A stretch of DNA of 64,000 nucleotides from Octopus vulgaris (GCA_951406725.2 OX597818.1:108996001-109060000); one strand, 5' to 3'. Numbered from the stretch's first letter, positions 1-12,967 are shown. Made by a program: numbers and translations. Notes: generated from the sequence alone by a model not told the origin.

Positions 1-389
1 ACACCATCAACTTCATTAGTATTATTTAATAGATAATCTTTTAATGTGTAGTATGTTTATGTTCTGTTTAACCCAGAGTTGTCTCTCATGTAGCTGACCC
101 ATCACATAACTTTTGGGTTTTTTTTGCCTTCCTGAAATACTGTAAATCAGTGTCTTTCATTTGATGAAAGGGTTTGTTTTAAGAGAGATTTGGCTGCTAT
201 TTGTAGTAGTTCAAGTTACCACAGACACACCTGTGTGTGTGTGTGTGTTTTGCTGTGGTGAAAAAATAGTTTTTCTCAGAATATTTTGCACAATAATTCT
301 TAAAGAAATCTGGACATCTTTCTTACAGTTCAACTTCAAATTACAATTGCTAATTGTTGGAAGTGAAGTAGACTGAAATGTACATCATC

Positions 390-546
390 CTGAATTTGGT
401 AGACGGAAACTGCAGAGTTGTTCGTCTGAAAATGACCGAGAAACATGTTTATAAAGAAGAGTTGTTTGCTTCATACACCTCATGTGTTGATTCTGACCAT
501 AAGAAAGGAACAAATAATACAATAACACCCGGGCAACGCCGGGGTG
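390..546 (+). mobile_element. Helitron-like non-autonomous element 3' end (hairpin), truncated
   Basis: CACCCGGGCAACGCCGGGGTG (526-546) matches the GC-rich CCCGGGCAACGCCGGG subterminal hairpin typical of Helitron 3' ends. The terminal CTRR is missing. Confidence 0.4.
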
Positions 547-574
547 CATATCATATATGTGTGTGCATAATATG

Positions 575-576
<2 letters not shown>

Positions 577-617
<41 letters not shown>

Positions 618-756
618 GAAATATACAGAAAAACAAAAGACAAAGACAGGTATATTAGTTTAATGCTTGGGAAGGTGAGAAAGTCTTTTATGTTTCGAGC
701 CTACACTCTTCAACAGAAAGGAACACGAGGAAACAAACAGAGAGAGAATAAAAAAA

Positions 757-802
<46 letters not shown>

Positions 803-812
803 CATACATACA
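577..812. repeat. Microsatellites (CA)n 577-613 and (TA)n/(TACA)n 760-812
   Basis: Directly visible simple repeats. They produce the HTHT/YIYI ORFs. Confidence 0.95.
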
Positions 813-822
813 TAGATAAGAA

Positions 823-921
823 GAGCTTCTTTCAGTTTCTGTCGATCAAATCCACTAAAAAAAGCCATAATAGAAGACACCTGTTCAAGGTACCATGCAC
901 AGGGACTGAACCCAGAACCAT
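823..921 (-). mobile_element. SINE family A fragment
   Basis: Reverse complement matches the 2066-2450 SINE (gcttctttcagtttc...agaagacacc...ggactgaacccagaaccatg). Confidence 0.75.
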
Positions 922-1047
922 GATATAGGCCTACCCGTATGTTATTCATCTTTAACCAATCATAGAGACTCCAGTATTGATTCCAATGTTTCATATTCTA
1001 CAGACAGGCAGAGTTACCATTTTCGCTCAGCCTGAGTCCCGATGTGA

Positions 1048-1250
1048 AGGCAGTGAGTTTCACCAGGCAAAATGGTTGGTGGCATTTCGTACATCTTTAC
1101 ATTGTAAGTTCATATTCCACTGAGGTCAACTTTGCCTTTTGTCCTTTCAGGGTCAATAAAATAGGCACCAGTTGAACACTGGGGGGGGGGTTGATGTAAT
1201 CAACTTCCCCCTCCACAGAAATCGCTGACCTTGTGTGTCAAAATTTGAAT
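1048..1250 (+). mobile_element. SINE family B, diverged
   Basis: gaggtcaactttgccttt...gggtcaataaaataggcaccag core shared with the 12740 and 43003 copies. Confidence 0.75.
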
Positions 1251-1619
1251 CTCACATGAATCATGATGTCCTGTGTCAAACACAAAATTAGAAACTTGAA
1301 TGGCTAGATGGTTGCATGGACACACAAAAACACACACACACAGAGGGCCTCTGAATAATCTCCATCTACCAATTCTGCTCAAAAGGCATTGGTCTATAGT
1401 AGAAGACACCTGATGCAACATGTCATGCAGTGGGATTGAACCTGGGTCTCTGAAGTTACAAAACAAACAACTTAACCACAACCGTCTGTTTCTTAAACAT
1501 CAACAAAAGAATCACCATTTTCAAGGGGAGTTGAAGTCTCTGGTGAGGTTCATTGTTCAACAAATAAACTTAAATCCTATTAACCACAAGTTTGTACAAA
1601 GGTATAATAATGTAGGTTA

Positions 1620-1890
1620 ATCATCATCATCATTGGTTAACATCCGCTTTCCATGCTGGCATAGGTTGAACGGCTTCACTGGGGACTGGCAAGCCAGGAG
1701 GCTGCGCCAGGCTCCAGTCTGATCTGGCAGTGTTTCTATAGCTGGATGCCCTTCCTAACGCCAACCATTTCAAGAATGTAGTGGATGCTTTTTATGTGCC
1801 ACCGGCATGGGAGCCAGTCGGGCAGCACTGGCATCGGCCAGATTCGGATGGTGCTTTTTACATGCCACGAGCACAGGAACTAGTCGGGGC
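1620..1890 (-). mobile_element. RTE LINE 3' UTR fragment with (GAT)n tail
   Basis: Matches the 3' UTR of the RTE at 19975-21010 (ggatgcccttcctaacgccaacca; tttttatgtgccaccggca). Confidence 0.8.
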
Positions 1891-2065
1891 GAGGGTGGGA
1901 GAGATGTCATAAAATTACAAAACAAGAGATACCACCACTGGATCCAATAGTCACCGTTGTACCATTTGTAATTTTCATGATCAACTGCAAGCGTAATAGA
2001 AAAGCTCAGAGATAGTCAGATGCAAGAAGGTGTTGTAAAACCCAATGAATAAAAAAGACAACCAA

Positions 2066-2226
2066 GGCGCAGGAGTGGCTGTGTGGTAAGTAGCTTGCTA
2101 AACAACCACATGGTTCCGGGTTCAGTCCCACTGCGTGGCATCTTGGGCAAGTGTCTTCTGCTATAGCCCCGGGCTGACCAATGCCTTGTGAGTGGATTTG
2201 GTAGACGGAAACTGAAAGAAGCCTAT

Positions 2227-2267
<41 letters not shown>

Positions 2268-2450
2268 TTGTGTTTGTCCCCCTAGCATTGCTTGACAACC
2301 GATGCTGGTGTGTTTATGTCCCCGTCACTTAGCGGTTCGGCAAAAGAGACTGATAGAATAAGTACTGGGCTTACAAAGAATAAGTCCCGGGGTCGATTTG
2401 ACTGCATGGCCGCAGTCAAATGACAGAAACAAGTAAAAGAGTAAAGAGTA
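2066..2450 (+). mobile_element. SINE family A, near full length (tRNA-derived head, internal (TA)n(TG)n microsatellite, gtaaaaga tail)
   Basis: A-box-like TGGCTGTGTGGTAAG and B-box-like GGGTTCAGTCCC. Many dispersed copies in the window. Confidence 0.88.
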
Positions 2451-3979
2451 AGTAATGTAAACTACACTAGTACAATCCCCTTCAGTGTCTTAGTCCAATA
2501 TCAACATAGTCTTATAAACAAACATCGACTTTCCTCCAACCAGGTAAACTCATGTTGAAATTTTAATTAAGAATGTGTCATTCAGTACACCAGCCATTAA
2601 ATTATTATACCAATACAGACGTGTAAAGAGGACAGATGACAGTCATTGGCTTAGAATCTCCTTCCAAGATGACAACACGCCATATGAAGCTAAGATTAGA
2701 CAAAAGAAAAGCGAAAGAAAACCAGAATGAGAGAGATAAGACAGTAAATGTTTGTATGTGGCTGATGAGAAGATGCAAAATTGTATTTCATGAATAGTTA
2801 ATGTCGTGACCCGTCCAACTCATGGCACTGGATTATGATGTTGCTGCATAATCTTTTATTAATTCTTCCTTATATTCTGTCACTACTTTAATGCTTTCAG
2901 CAGGTAACGGTGAAGACATAAATAGAAAGTTATTCAGACGCAAAGTCAAAAACAGTAAAAATATCTGCGACTAACCACAACAGATTAAACTTTATTTTGT
3001 TTATTAAGAATTCAATGTAAGCCAAACTTTTATTTTCTATGACAATGTTTCAATCGAGATATATTTACGAGCAGTGAAAAAGTGTGACAGAGATCTGAAG
3101 TATGATTTACAAATTTGATGTGATAGGTGTAATATTTCGAAGGGAAGGAAAGATTATCAGAAAAATTCAGAATGGAAACTAGTCATTTTGGGGAGGTAGG
3201 TGGAGAAATAACAGTAATTTTGGATGTTGTAGCCTTTTTTTTTCTTTTTGCCTTTTTGGTGGTCTCAGACAATATTTATAGATTTGATTTTGGCATAGAC
3301 TGGTGAAATATGGGGAGAGGGGAGAAAGGGGAGAGAGAGAGAGAGATTTGGGAGTTTTTATGATGTTTTGTTTATTAATAACGAAAAGTTGTTTCTAAGA
3401 AATGTTGCCACCACCATTTCATTGAAATGTTGAAGAAAGACAAGATAATACTTCACAGTAGACATAACAACAACATCAAAAGATTAACAAGATCACATGC
3501 CAGTAAGAAAGGAAAAAAATCTGGTGAGATGTCACTTTTAACTATTATTTATCCAACCGGCTTTTGCAAATCCCTTCTGATAAACTTTACTGCTTATGAT
3601 ATTTTGAAAGGTAAGATGTGGCAGTGTTAAATTCTTACTTAAAGGAATCAGTAACTTGGTTTTAATTCCAAGCTAGAATGGTTTCCTATGTTATGTGAAT
3701 GCTGGCAACAAAGACTCATTTTCTTTCTCTTTCCATCCCATTCTGTGTTTAGAGAGGGACACTAATGGATGGCACTGGGGAGTCATTCAGCAATGAATGT
3801 ATTTTTTTATATTTCTTACATTTGAGGATATTGTTAGAGGGAACATTACATGATCAACCAGGCCATCCGATGCTGCTATACATCGCAGTTCACAATGTGC
3901 TTTGCATTATTTTAGCTTTCAAATGGTGCCACCCTGGTGGAAAAGTGAGCAACATTCGCCCTGATTGGAAGGCTATTCC

Positions 3980-4085
3980 ATCACAGGGTAAGCCATTTAC
4001 AGCTGAGTGAACTGGGGCAATGTGCAAAAGGAAGTGTTTTGCCCAAAGACACAATGTGCTGCTTGGTCTGGGGGTTGAACCCATG
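3980..4085 (-). mobile_element. SINE family D fragment
   Basis: cagctgagtgaactggggcaa...gaagtgttttgcccaaagacacaatg is the reverse complement of the 35077-35310 copy. Confidence 0.6.
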
Positions 4086-5609
4086 ATCTAAATACACAGA
4101 TAGATATGAAGGAGACAACCCCTAGATGATAGGCCTTTACACCTAGAGTTAATTTCCTATCAAGATTAGCTTGATCTTTGATCTGTGAGAGGTGGATTAT
4201 ATTGGCTACACTTCTTCCATTCTTCACACAAAATGAATGGCTTTGCACCTCAGCTAAAACAAATGTTAAAAAACTGGATTTAGAGGCGGGGAAAAAATGG
4301 AGACATGTGAACAGTATGGTAGTCATTCCCTACCAAACTGATACAGTGAGATAGTCATGTTTTCAGGATTTGAAACTCTACAAGGCTTTCCCATTCAAAT
4401 TATTTTAATCTCTTTGCAACAGAAATTTCCACAAAGCATTCTGTGACATGAAACCTCTTTCTCTTAGAGCAGAGTTGAAATCACAGTCAACTGACAGTAG
4501 TTTGTAGTTTAGCTTCTAGTTTATGATTTGAACTCTCTTCTAAACTCATTAAAATCAGAACTAGTAAGAGAGTGAAGTTGATTTAATTAACTATATATTC
4601 TCCTCCTACAAAAATAACATCACATCTGAGCAAAAGAAATTATTTTTCCTTGCCTAATTATCAGTTTTAATGGAATGGTAACATTGGTCTTTTCATTGAC
4701 ATCGTGTTGCTTTAATAAGCTAAAGATGTCTCTGTTTTATGTGCAGGCACAGACTCCCATTTTCCTTCCTCAATCAAATTCATTGATAATGTCTTTGATT
4801 ATATCTGCCTGTTTAATGAATCATTATAACCTATAATTCAACTTGACTTTTCAATCTTGTCAATAAATCTGCTACTTCTCTTAAAATCAATTGATCCAGT
4901 AAACTTTTAAGAGCAATATTTGCCAAACACAAAATTTGTTTCATCTCACTAATTAAGCCAAAGGATTAATATTTCATAACTTTTCCAAAACGAGGACCTG
5001 TAGATGTTTACTATAATTGATATATTTTGTGCTAATACCAAAAGTTTGAAAGATAGTTAGATTTAATGTATTTATTTAGATGTTAAATAAAAAATAAAAA
5101 TTATATATTTATATCAACCCATGTGCTCATAAATTACAAGTTTTCTTAATTTCACAAACTGTCAACTTTATTTTCCTGCCAAAAAAAATAAAGAAATGAA
5201 TTCTTCCTCTGAAATAATTAGCACTAATGACATACAAATTATTAATTTGTATCTAGATTGTATGATATACGTGACAGAAGTACAACACAGTAAATCAGTG
5301 AAGTGTGAGCAGTAAATTTACACAGTGTCACAGAAATTGATCAAGTTGAAATATGGCCAGTAATATTTACAGAAATGTCTGCAACTAACTACTCTCCTTT
5401 CAATAGCAAAGGTATGTTGATCCAATACAAATTCTCCCTTGAATGATATCATATTTGATTGATGAAGAGTGGGAAGAATAATGAAAGTGGAAACAGTTCT
5501 AAAATGATGTTAGTTTTTTGGGAATGAGTGGGAAATATACATAGAAAAAGATATTTATAATACTGTTCAACGGACAACATCAGTGGGTTGAATATGTCAG
5601 GATGGGGTC

Positions 5610-5825
5610 AGGGCAGTGAGCTGGCAGAATTGTTAGCATGCCAGGCAAAATGCTTAGCAGTATTTTGTCTGCCTTTATGCTCTGAGTTCAAATTCCACTA
5701 AGGCCAACTTCACCTTTCATCGTTTCAAAAGGGTCAATAAAATAAACACCAGCTGAGCACTAGGGTAGATGTAATCAATGAAATCCCTCACTGGAATTGC
5801 TGGCCTGGTGCTAAAATTTGAAATC
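5610..5825 (+). mobile_element. SINE family B
   Basis: gagctggcagaattgttagcatgccagg...ctgagttcaaattcc...ctttcatc core. Confidence 0.8.
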
Positions 5826-6549
5826 AATAGGTCAAGATAGGTTACCAAACAAGACATGCAGCAAAATGTTATGGTTTCTGAAAACCAGAAAACCAGCAAG
5901 AGAAGTGATTCAATGAAATGATATGTATGATCTAAGTCATAACTAATTAATGGGAAACTTGGGTAATAATATTTTTTAAAAAATTAATGTAAATGTGCGG
6001 ATGTTTAAAAAGTGTAAGGGAATCTTGTAATTAAGCTGTAGTCAGAATTTCATATATTGTTTACAATTTCATAATCACAGGATTTATGAATAAACAGTTT
6101 CAAGAGGGATTCTGTATTATCAGACATGATTCTTGATGAGAATCTCGGCTAATACGTATTCAGCTCACGTTTTACAATACCATCAGAACTAAAGACACAA
6201 GGAAACAATGTTGTTATGACAAGAAGTGTGAAATTAGATCAGTGAGTGTTAAATACTGTTTTTATAATAATTCAAGAAAAGCTAAAACGAAATGAAGAAT
6301 GTTTTAATCCTGAAATTGGACAAGAGAAGAGGAACAATCTTTAAAAAGGCATCAAAACCAAAGTAGAAAGTAACCAGCAAAGAGGCTGATATTTTAAATG
6401 TTAAAAGGAACCAAAAGTGGGTGGTGACTTTCTGAAATAGAAAGCAAATATGAAGATCCTGTTGAGATTAATTCTACATCCACAAAGTGACAACGTTGGC
6501 TGAGAAAGGAAAAACAATAATTTATTGTTGATAATGTAAAGTTTTATCT

Positions 6550-7004
6550 TTTACTTCTATCTTTTATTTGTTTCAATCTGTGGCCATGCTGGGGCACCAC
6601 CTTGAAGAATTTGTGGCCGAATGAATTGACCCCAGTAATTGTATATATTTTTTAAGCCAGGTGCTCATTCTACTGGTCGCTTTTGCTAAACTGCTAAGTC
6701 AAGGGGATATAAACACACCAACACTGGTTGCTAAATGGTTGGGAGGGGGGGCAAAAAACAGACACAAGGACACACAGATATAAACTGTCTAACCCATGCC
6801 AGCATGGAAAGAAGATGCTAAATGATGATGATGATTATGATGATGATGGCAGGCTTCTTTCAATTTCTGTCTACCAAATCCACTCAGAAGGCTTTAGTTG
6901 GCCCAAGGCTGCAGTAGAGGACACTAGCTCAAGGTGCCATACAGTGGGACTGAACTTAGAAACGTGTAGTTGGGAAGCAAATTACTTGCCACACAGCCAC
7001 ACCT
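6550..7004 (-). mobile_element. SINE family A interrupted by a short RTE 3' tail (6784-6847, + strand)
   Basis: Both SINE halves are recognisable on the minus strand. Insert: aacccatgccagcatggaaagaagatgctaaatgatgatg. Confidence 0.78.
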
Positions 7005-7336
7005 GATACTTCAACTAAATTTCTATAGAAAGTATTGTGTAAATTAGAGCTGGATGAGGATGAAACTGACTCGACATAAAGTTTTTTGAAATATTTCATA
7101 TTGTAGTGTAAGGAATATTTTTAAAGGGATAAGGAGAATAAAGCTGATATAGAATATCAAAAAAAGGAACCAGAGGCTTGTAATGGAAGACAGATGGAAC
7201 CAAGACAATCTGGAATGCAGTGGTTAATTTTGAAGTAATAAGAGAGAAATATTTCTCAAATGCTAAGATAGTAGGCAAGACACTGAAGCTAATGCCATGC
7301 CATTTCTGGTGTAATTCTTACATAGGACTAGCTCAT

Positions 7337-7676
7337 GAAGTAGCTTGCTTATCAACCCACATGGTTCTGGGTTCAGGCGCCTTAGGCAAGTGTCTTCTAC
7401 TATAGTCTCAGGCCAACCAAAGCCTTGTGAGTGGATTTGGTAGACAGAAACTGAAAGAATACCATCGTATATATATATATGTGTGTGAGTGTTTGTCCCT
7501 CCAACATCGCTTGACAACTGATGCTGGTGTGCTTACATCTCCTTAACTTAGCAGTTTGGCAAAAGAGACCAATAGAATAAGTACTAGGCTTACAAAGAAT
7601 AAGTCCTGAGGTCAATTTGCTCAACTAAAAATGCCAGTGCTCCAGCATGGCCGCAGTCAGGTGACTGAAAAGAGTA
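7337..7676 (+). mobile_element. SINE family A
   Basis: Colinear with 2066-2450. Confidence 0.85.
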
Positions 7677-10600
7677 TACCATCAGTATAGTGAGATCTGA
7701 GTATCACCGTTCAATGCACCAAGTCTACAACCCAATTTCCTTTTACTGTTGCAGCAACTATGTACAATGTCTAATGTTCTCTCCTCTATAAAACTGGAGA
7801 ATATTATCCACTCAGTGAAAAAAGGAAAAAAGAAGCAAAATTAATAATGTGCAAATATGGAGGAGTGGATGATAAACACCAACGTGTAACTGTTGCTTGT
7901 GCAAAATAGAAAGAGATAACCAGAGTTTGGATTTACAAGATTTTTGAAATCTAAGTAAGCTGTTGGACAAAGAATCATTGTTAAGTGTAAAATGATGTTC
8001 ATTTAACTTAGTCTAACATTTGATTAACCAAGTGGAACTGATAGAAAATACTGACAGAAATTATTCAGCAACACAGTTCTGCTGTTTGAATAATGTTTAC
8101 TTTCAGTCTTACTACTTATGCAGACTCAGAGAGAGGGTTAGATAAATAAATTTCCTAATTGATATGTCTACTTCAATATAGAATTGAACATGAGTTTAGA
8201 CGAAGGCACGTGTAAACATGCATAAGTTATGTAAATAAATAACTATGTATGCAATATTGGCAGACATACTGTATTATCCACTTTTAATCAAATTTCTTAC
8301 AAGAAATCCAAATATATGTCCAAGCAAGAGAGAGACAGCCAGAGAATTCAACTATTTCTGAGCTGATATATTGCTGGCAGCTACATATAGATATATACAC
8401 ACACCTTCATTCGGGTAATGTGTGAGTATGCCAATCTATATCCACGCACATGCTTATTACAGGTCGCTCTCTCTCTTTATTTCTCTCTCTGTCTCTCTCT
8501 CTCACACACACACAGATCATCTCTTACTTGTACATGTGAATGGTTGTTTCCTACCTCCACCCTATACGATACAAACACACACAGGCAAACGCACACAATT
8601 CACAACTATAAGAAAAACTGCCCCAGGCCTAACCTTTCCAATACAATGATAGTTGTGGTGAGTAATAAATAAAGGAAGAACTTATGGCAGGGAAGTCATT
8701 TGAGTAAAGTCTACTACGTCTAGAGCAAGCCAGTAAGCAAACATGGTCATTTTGCAATGACTCATCCATAAATGTGATTTATCTGCATGGATAGCATACG
8801 AGGAATTTGCACAAATACTTCTCACTGTGAACAGTGATTAAAGACAGCTCTAATTGTATAGCAACAAGTTTGCTTCAAAAGCCTTACGCTATTGTAACTT
8901 AGCATTAAGGTTGTACTGAAAAATTCATAACTTCTCAAGCAAGTAAACATGTCAACTAAAAATAGGAAAATGGACAATCTGCCCATCACTGTATCATTGG
9001 AGTTTCTGCTCGTAAAACTTCAAATCAACTCCTTGTGTGTATATGTGCACATGTACGAACACACACACACACACACACATATTCTTTGCAAGCGGTATAA
9101 TTGGAGAAGAAATTTTATATGAAAACCTTAAGCAAATAACAATGTTGGTGGAAAATCTCAGAATTTAGGTCAACAAGAAATAGCTTGTCAAAAGTAGATG
9201 CAATAATATTTTGTGGTACCGGCATTAAGTGATAAATGTAATTCAGAAAAGGCAAAGGAGTTTATTGTAAGGCGGGAGGGGGGGATTATACATAAAGATG
9301 TTTAATAAAATATGTATGTAATAAGGGATCATCCTCCTCATCATCATCACCACCACCATCAGCATCAGTGTCATCCTTACTCACATCATCGAGTTTATCA
9401 TGAAATTATCCACATGAAACAATAAATCCTATAAAAGCAAGAGAACCATGTTCAGTAAAATATGTATTGCACAGTGTGTGTGTGTAGGTGCTCAATACCC
9501 AGGTAATAGATACATCACATAATGTTCTTCAGAGAATATGGAAAAGAATATGGTATCATAAATGCAACATAACAATCCCTGTGAAAAAAGCTTCCATACA
9601 TTATGTATGTAAATACGTGTGTTGGTATGTGATGTGTACACGTGTACATGTTGATGTGAGTGTCAGTGATGGTGGTGATAATATGCTATAATATCTGTAT
9701 TTAAAAAGTAATCCTTTATGAAGACAGTGTCTTTTGAAATGTTCCCCGTTTTCATACCTAGCCATATTTTGTTTTAGTCTCTCTCTCTCTCTCTGTGCAC
9801 ATTTGCACATGTACATGTGCATACATACCCCCATTAATTGAGTTGTTTTCTGTGAATAAAAAATATTAAAAACTCTATCATGGGGAGATGCACAGTAAAG
9901 CTGTGAGTTACAGTAAAACTGTGAGTAATGTGAAAATGGATGTTAATCCAGTAAAAATATCAATGGTTTGTTAGTGGAGAAGCAATCACTTGATGGCTTT
10001 AAGCCAAAAATGAAAGGTAAACAAATAAACCAAAACCATATCAAACAGAATATATTTTTATGACAGCCGGTCGTCGTGGGGGAGATTTAGGATTGTTGTT
10101 TTTTTTCCTTTCTTTTTAAATATTTATTTATTTAGATAGTGTTGTTACCAAACTTGACAAGAATGGATATAAGGGACAGAAAACAGGCTTAGAGTGGGCA
10201 AATAGCAAAATGTACTAAATACTTGATGCTTGTTAAGTGATTCTGTTTATCAATATTACTTCTTCTGCTACAGCTCAAACATCTATGCACTTAATTCCTA
10301 TAGTTTTTTTTACAAAGCAGTTTTATTTGAACACAGTCTATGCAGCTGAAATTATACGAGGAAAGACAAGCTAAGAAGTCAATGGTTCGCATTATATCCA
10401 CAGTACTGCATTGTATCTGATTGTATCTGTGGATTAAACAGTCATTCTAAGATAAATCAGCACTGCTACCTGTAAATGCGTACCAATGGAAGAAAACAAT
10501 TCACCACCAATGTTTCTTTTAATTTTTTGCTGTAGATCATCATCATAATCCTCATCATCGTTTAACGTCCGTTTTCCATGCTGGCATGGGTTGAACAACA

Positions 10601-10687
10601 ACAATAATAATAATAACAATAATAATAACATCAGAAAAAAAGTACCTTAGGAATGAGAACCCAGCATTGTGTTCAAAATTCCACCAG

Positions 10688-10733
10688 GACACCTGATGAA
10701 GGCTGGAGAGTAAATCAGCCGAAACGTTGTGGT
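10688..10733 (+). ncRNA. Minimal type I hammerhead ribozyme motif, likely within a Penelope-like pseudo-LTR fragment (about 10630-10810)
   Basis: CTGATGA (10693-10699), extra A, stem II GGCTG/CAGCC (10701-10705/10716-10720), GAAA, loopless palindromic AACGTT. CAC before the core pairs with GTG after GUU. Confidence 0.55.
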
Positions 10734-11814
10734 AACAAAAAACAAGATGAAGACACATATCCGTCCAAAGTAAATAATGTACAGAATTCCTTATCTCTAA
10801 AATATAGAACAGTCTTAAAGTTCTGTAGTGCTTCCTCTGCATAAACCTTTCAGTTCAGATAAGAAGTAAAAATTTTGGTGAAATGCAGATAGTTCTGTAT
10901 AAAAATGATAGAAGTATGACCATTGCATGCATTTAGATGAAATTTGCTGACACAACCTGCCAAAGTAAGTCGAATATAGTTAAGATGATTACATCTAAAC
11001 ATTGCTAAATATATTTGCAAGATATCAATTCCTGGGCATTGATGCCTTTTCTAATTAAATCATTAATTAATAAGTAACAAAAAGAACACAGTAACAAATA
11101 TCACCAAATTGTAATTCACTGTTTGAAGAATTAACCTCTATTATGTTGAAACATTGAAGGAAGAAAAAGTCGTGAGAAATGTACCTGACAGAATGCGAAA
11201 AATAAACAAGATACAAACAGGAAGTTTTTTGAAATTCTTTGTAAAATAAAGAAATTCTTTCTAAAATGAGGGTAAACTTTGCTTCCCGCATAGAAGAGTG
11301 CTCAGTTTCAGCTTCTGATCCTCAAACAACAACACGTTTTGAACTGTGATTTCATGCAGGTAAGGATTTAGTGGTAGGTGTGGATATTTATGGGCATAGG
11401 ACTGAGTTGACCAGTGGCATCCGTGTAAAGTTGGCAAGTGTGGGATTTGCTTGTAGCAGTGAATCCAACTGAATGGGGGAGAGAGGTGCCAGCCAGGCTG
11501 ATATTTCCTAAAGTACAACACAAACAGACATGTTCATCAGTGATGTCCTCATGATATGGATTAACAGACACAGCATTATGTGAATAGCAGAGATTGTTTA
11601 AACAATTAAGTTCATTTTCATTATTATCAACAGATTACAACTTGTGGAATTGTCATTCATCCAAAGTGTCAAGTTTCATACAAATACAATTCATTGAGAC
11701 TCAAGAATGCTTTCTTATAATGAAAAAAAAATTCAGAAAGCATTTCTTTTATCCAGGAACCGACATGTACAATTTTTAGTAAATTGCCACTTCTCATGCT
11801 TTTACTCCATGTTT

Positions 11815-12065
11815 GTAAGTTCTTAAATTTGATTTCTGGCAGTGCGTTGTGTCCTTCAGCAAGACACTTTATTTCATGTTGCTCCTGTCCACTCAGCTGG
11901 CAAAAATGAGTTGTACCTGTAATTCTGTGTCATACCAAATTTCCCTAAGAACTAGTTTAAGGGCATATGTGTTTGTGGAGTACTCAACCACTTGCATGGT
12001 AATTTCATAAGGGAGCTGCTCCATTAATTGGATCAATTAGGATACTTGTCATAGCCGTTGGAGTG
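11815..12065 (+). mobile_element. SINE family D
   Basis: gcgttgtgtccttcagcaagacactttatttcatgttgctcctgtccactcagctggcaaaaatgagt matches 35077-35310 and the reverse complement of 48438-48738. Confidence 0.7.
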
Positions 12066-12736
12066 TTAGAACTCTGACAGGATAGCTATGGGTTTCCTAT
12101 TTCTCTTTCCAGAGACACACACCATGAATAGAGACGAATACAGAAGTAAAAGAAAAACCCCTAAAATGTAGACATAAGAGAATAAGCAACACTACTACAT
12201 GACAACAAAAATCTGTCAGAATGGATTAATAAAAAGAAAATTCTGGTTGTTCTGGCTGCACAGTTAACATTAACATGGTTGCTTTCAAAGAGAATCCTAT
12301 AACAAAACAAACAGAAGACATGATCCAAGTAGATAAGACAAGCTCCAACGACATAAAGAAATATAAATTCTGCTAAATAAATTAAGTTTATTTTCTAATG
12401 TTCTTTTAGTGAGTACATAGATGATGCATGTTATTAAAGAATGGAGATATTTGCCAGGTTCTTCAGCAAAAAACAAAATTCATATCAGTTTTCTCTATTA
12501 ACCTCATCTTTAGTGATACTTGTTAAATATTGATATTAAAAAACATTTATCTCTGAAGTTGAGGAATAATAGAGAAAAATTTTATAATCTTCTGAAAGAT
12601 AAATCAAGTGATGAATCAGACATGGTGCTTCAGCTGCAATCCTGATTTCTTTATTCACAAATAACGTACCTAGGACTACATTAGCCAAAACACTCTTCGT
12701 TCTTTATTTTTTCTTCTAATGATAGTAGAGTAAAAA

Positions 12737-12967
12737 GCTGGTAAGCTGGCAGAAACGTTAGCACACCGGGTGAAATGTGTAGCCGTATTTCGTCTGCCGT
12801 TACGTTCTGAGTTCAAATCCTGCCGAGGTCGACTTTGCCTTTCATCCTTTCGGGGTTGATAAATTAACTACCAGTTATGCACTGGGGTCAATGTAATCGA
12901 CTTAATCCGTTTGTCTGTCCTTGCTTGTCTCCTCTATGTTTAGCCCCTTGTGGGTAATAAAGAAACA
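12737..12967 (+). mobile_element. SINE family B, full length with TSD
   Basis: TSD gatagtagagt at 12721-12731 and 12968-12978. Central gtcgactttgcctttcatcctttcggggttgataaatta resembles a Nin/Deu-type SINE domain (recalled, not searched). Confidence 0.88.

Noticed and set aside
161-994. ORFs of 71-145 aa with HTHT/YIYI/VCVC runs, and similar ORFs throughout (e.g. 22995-23431, 31997-32407, 36121-36339)
   Set aside because: Stop-free reading of microsatellites and SINEs. No domain content or splice structure.
2066-2140. tRNA genes at SINE heads (also 12737, 35077, 43002)
   Set aside because: Only A/B-box-like remnants continuing into SINE bodies. No complete cloverleaf.
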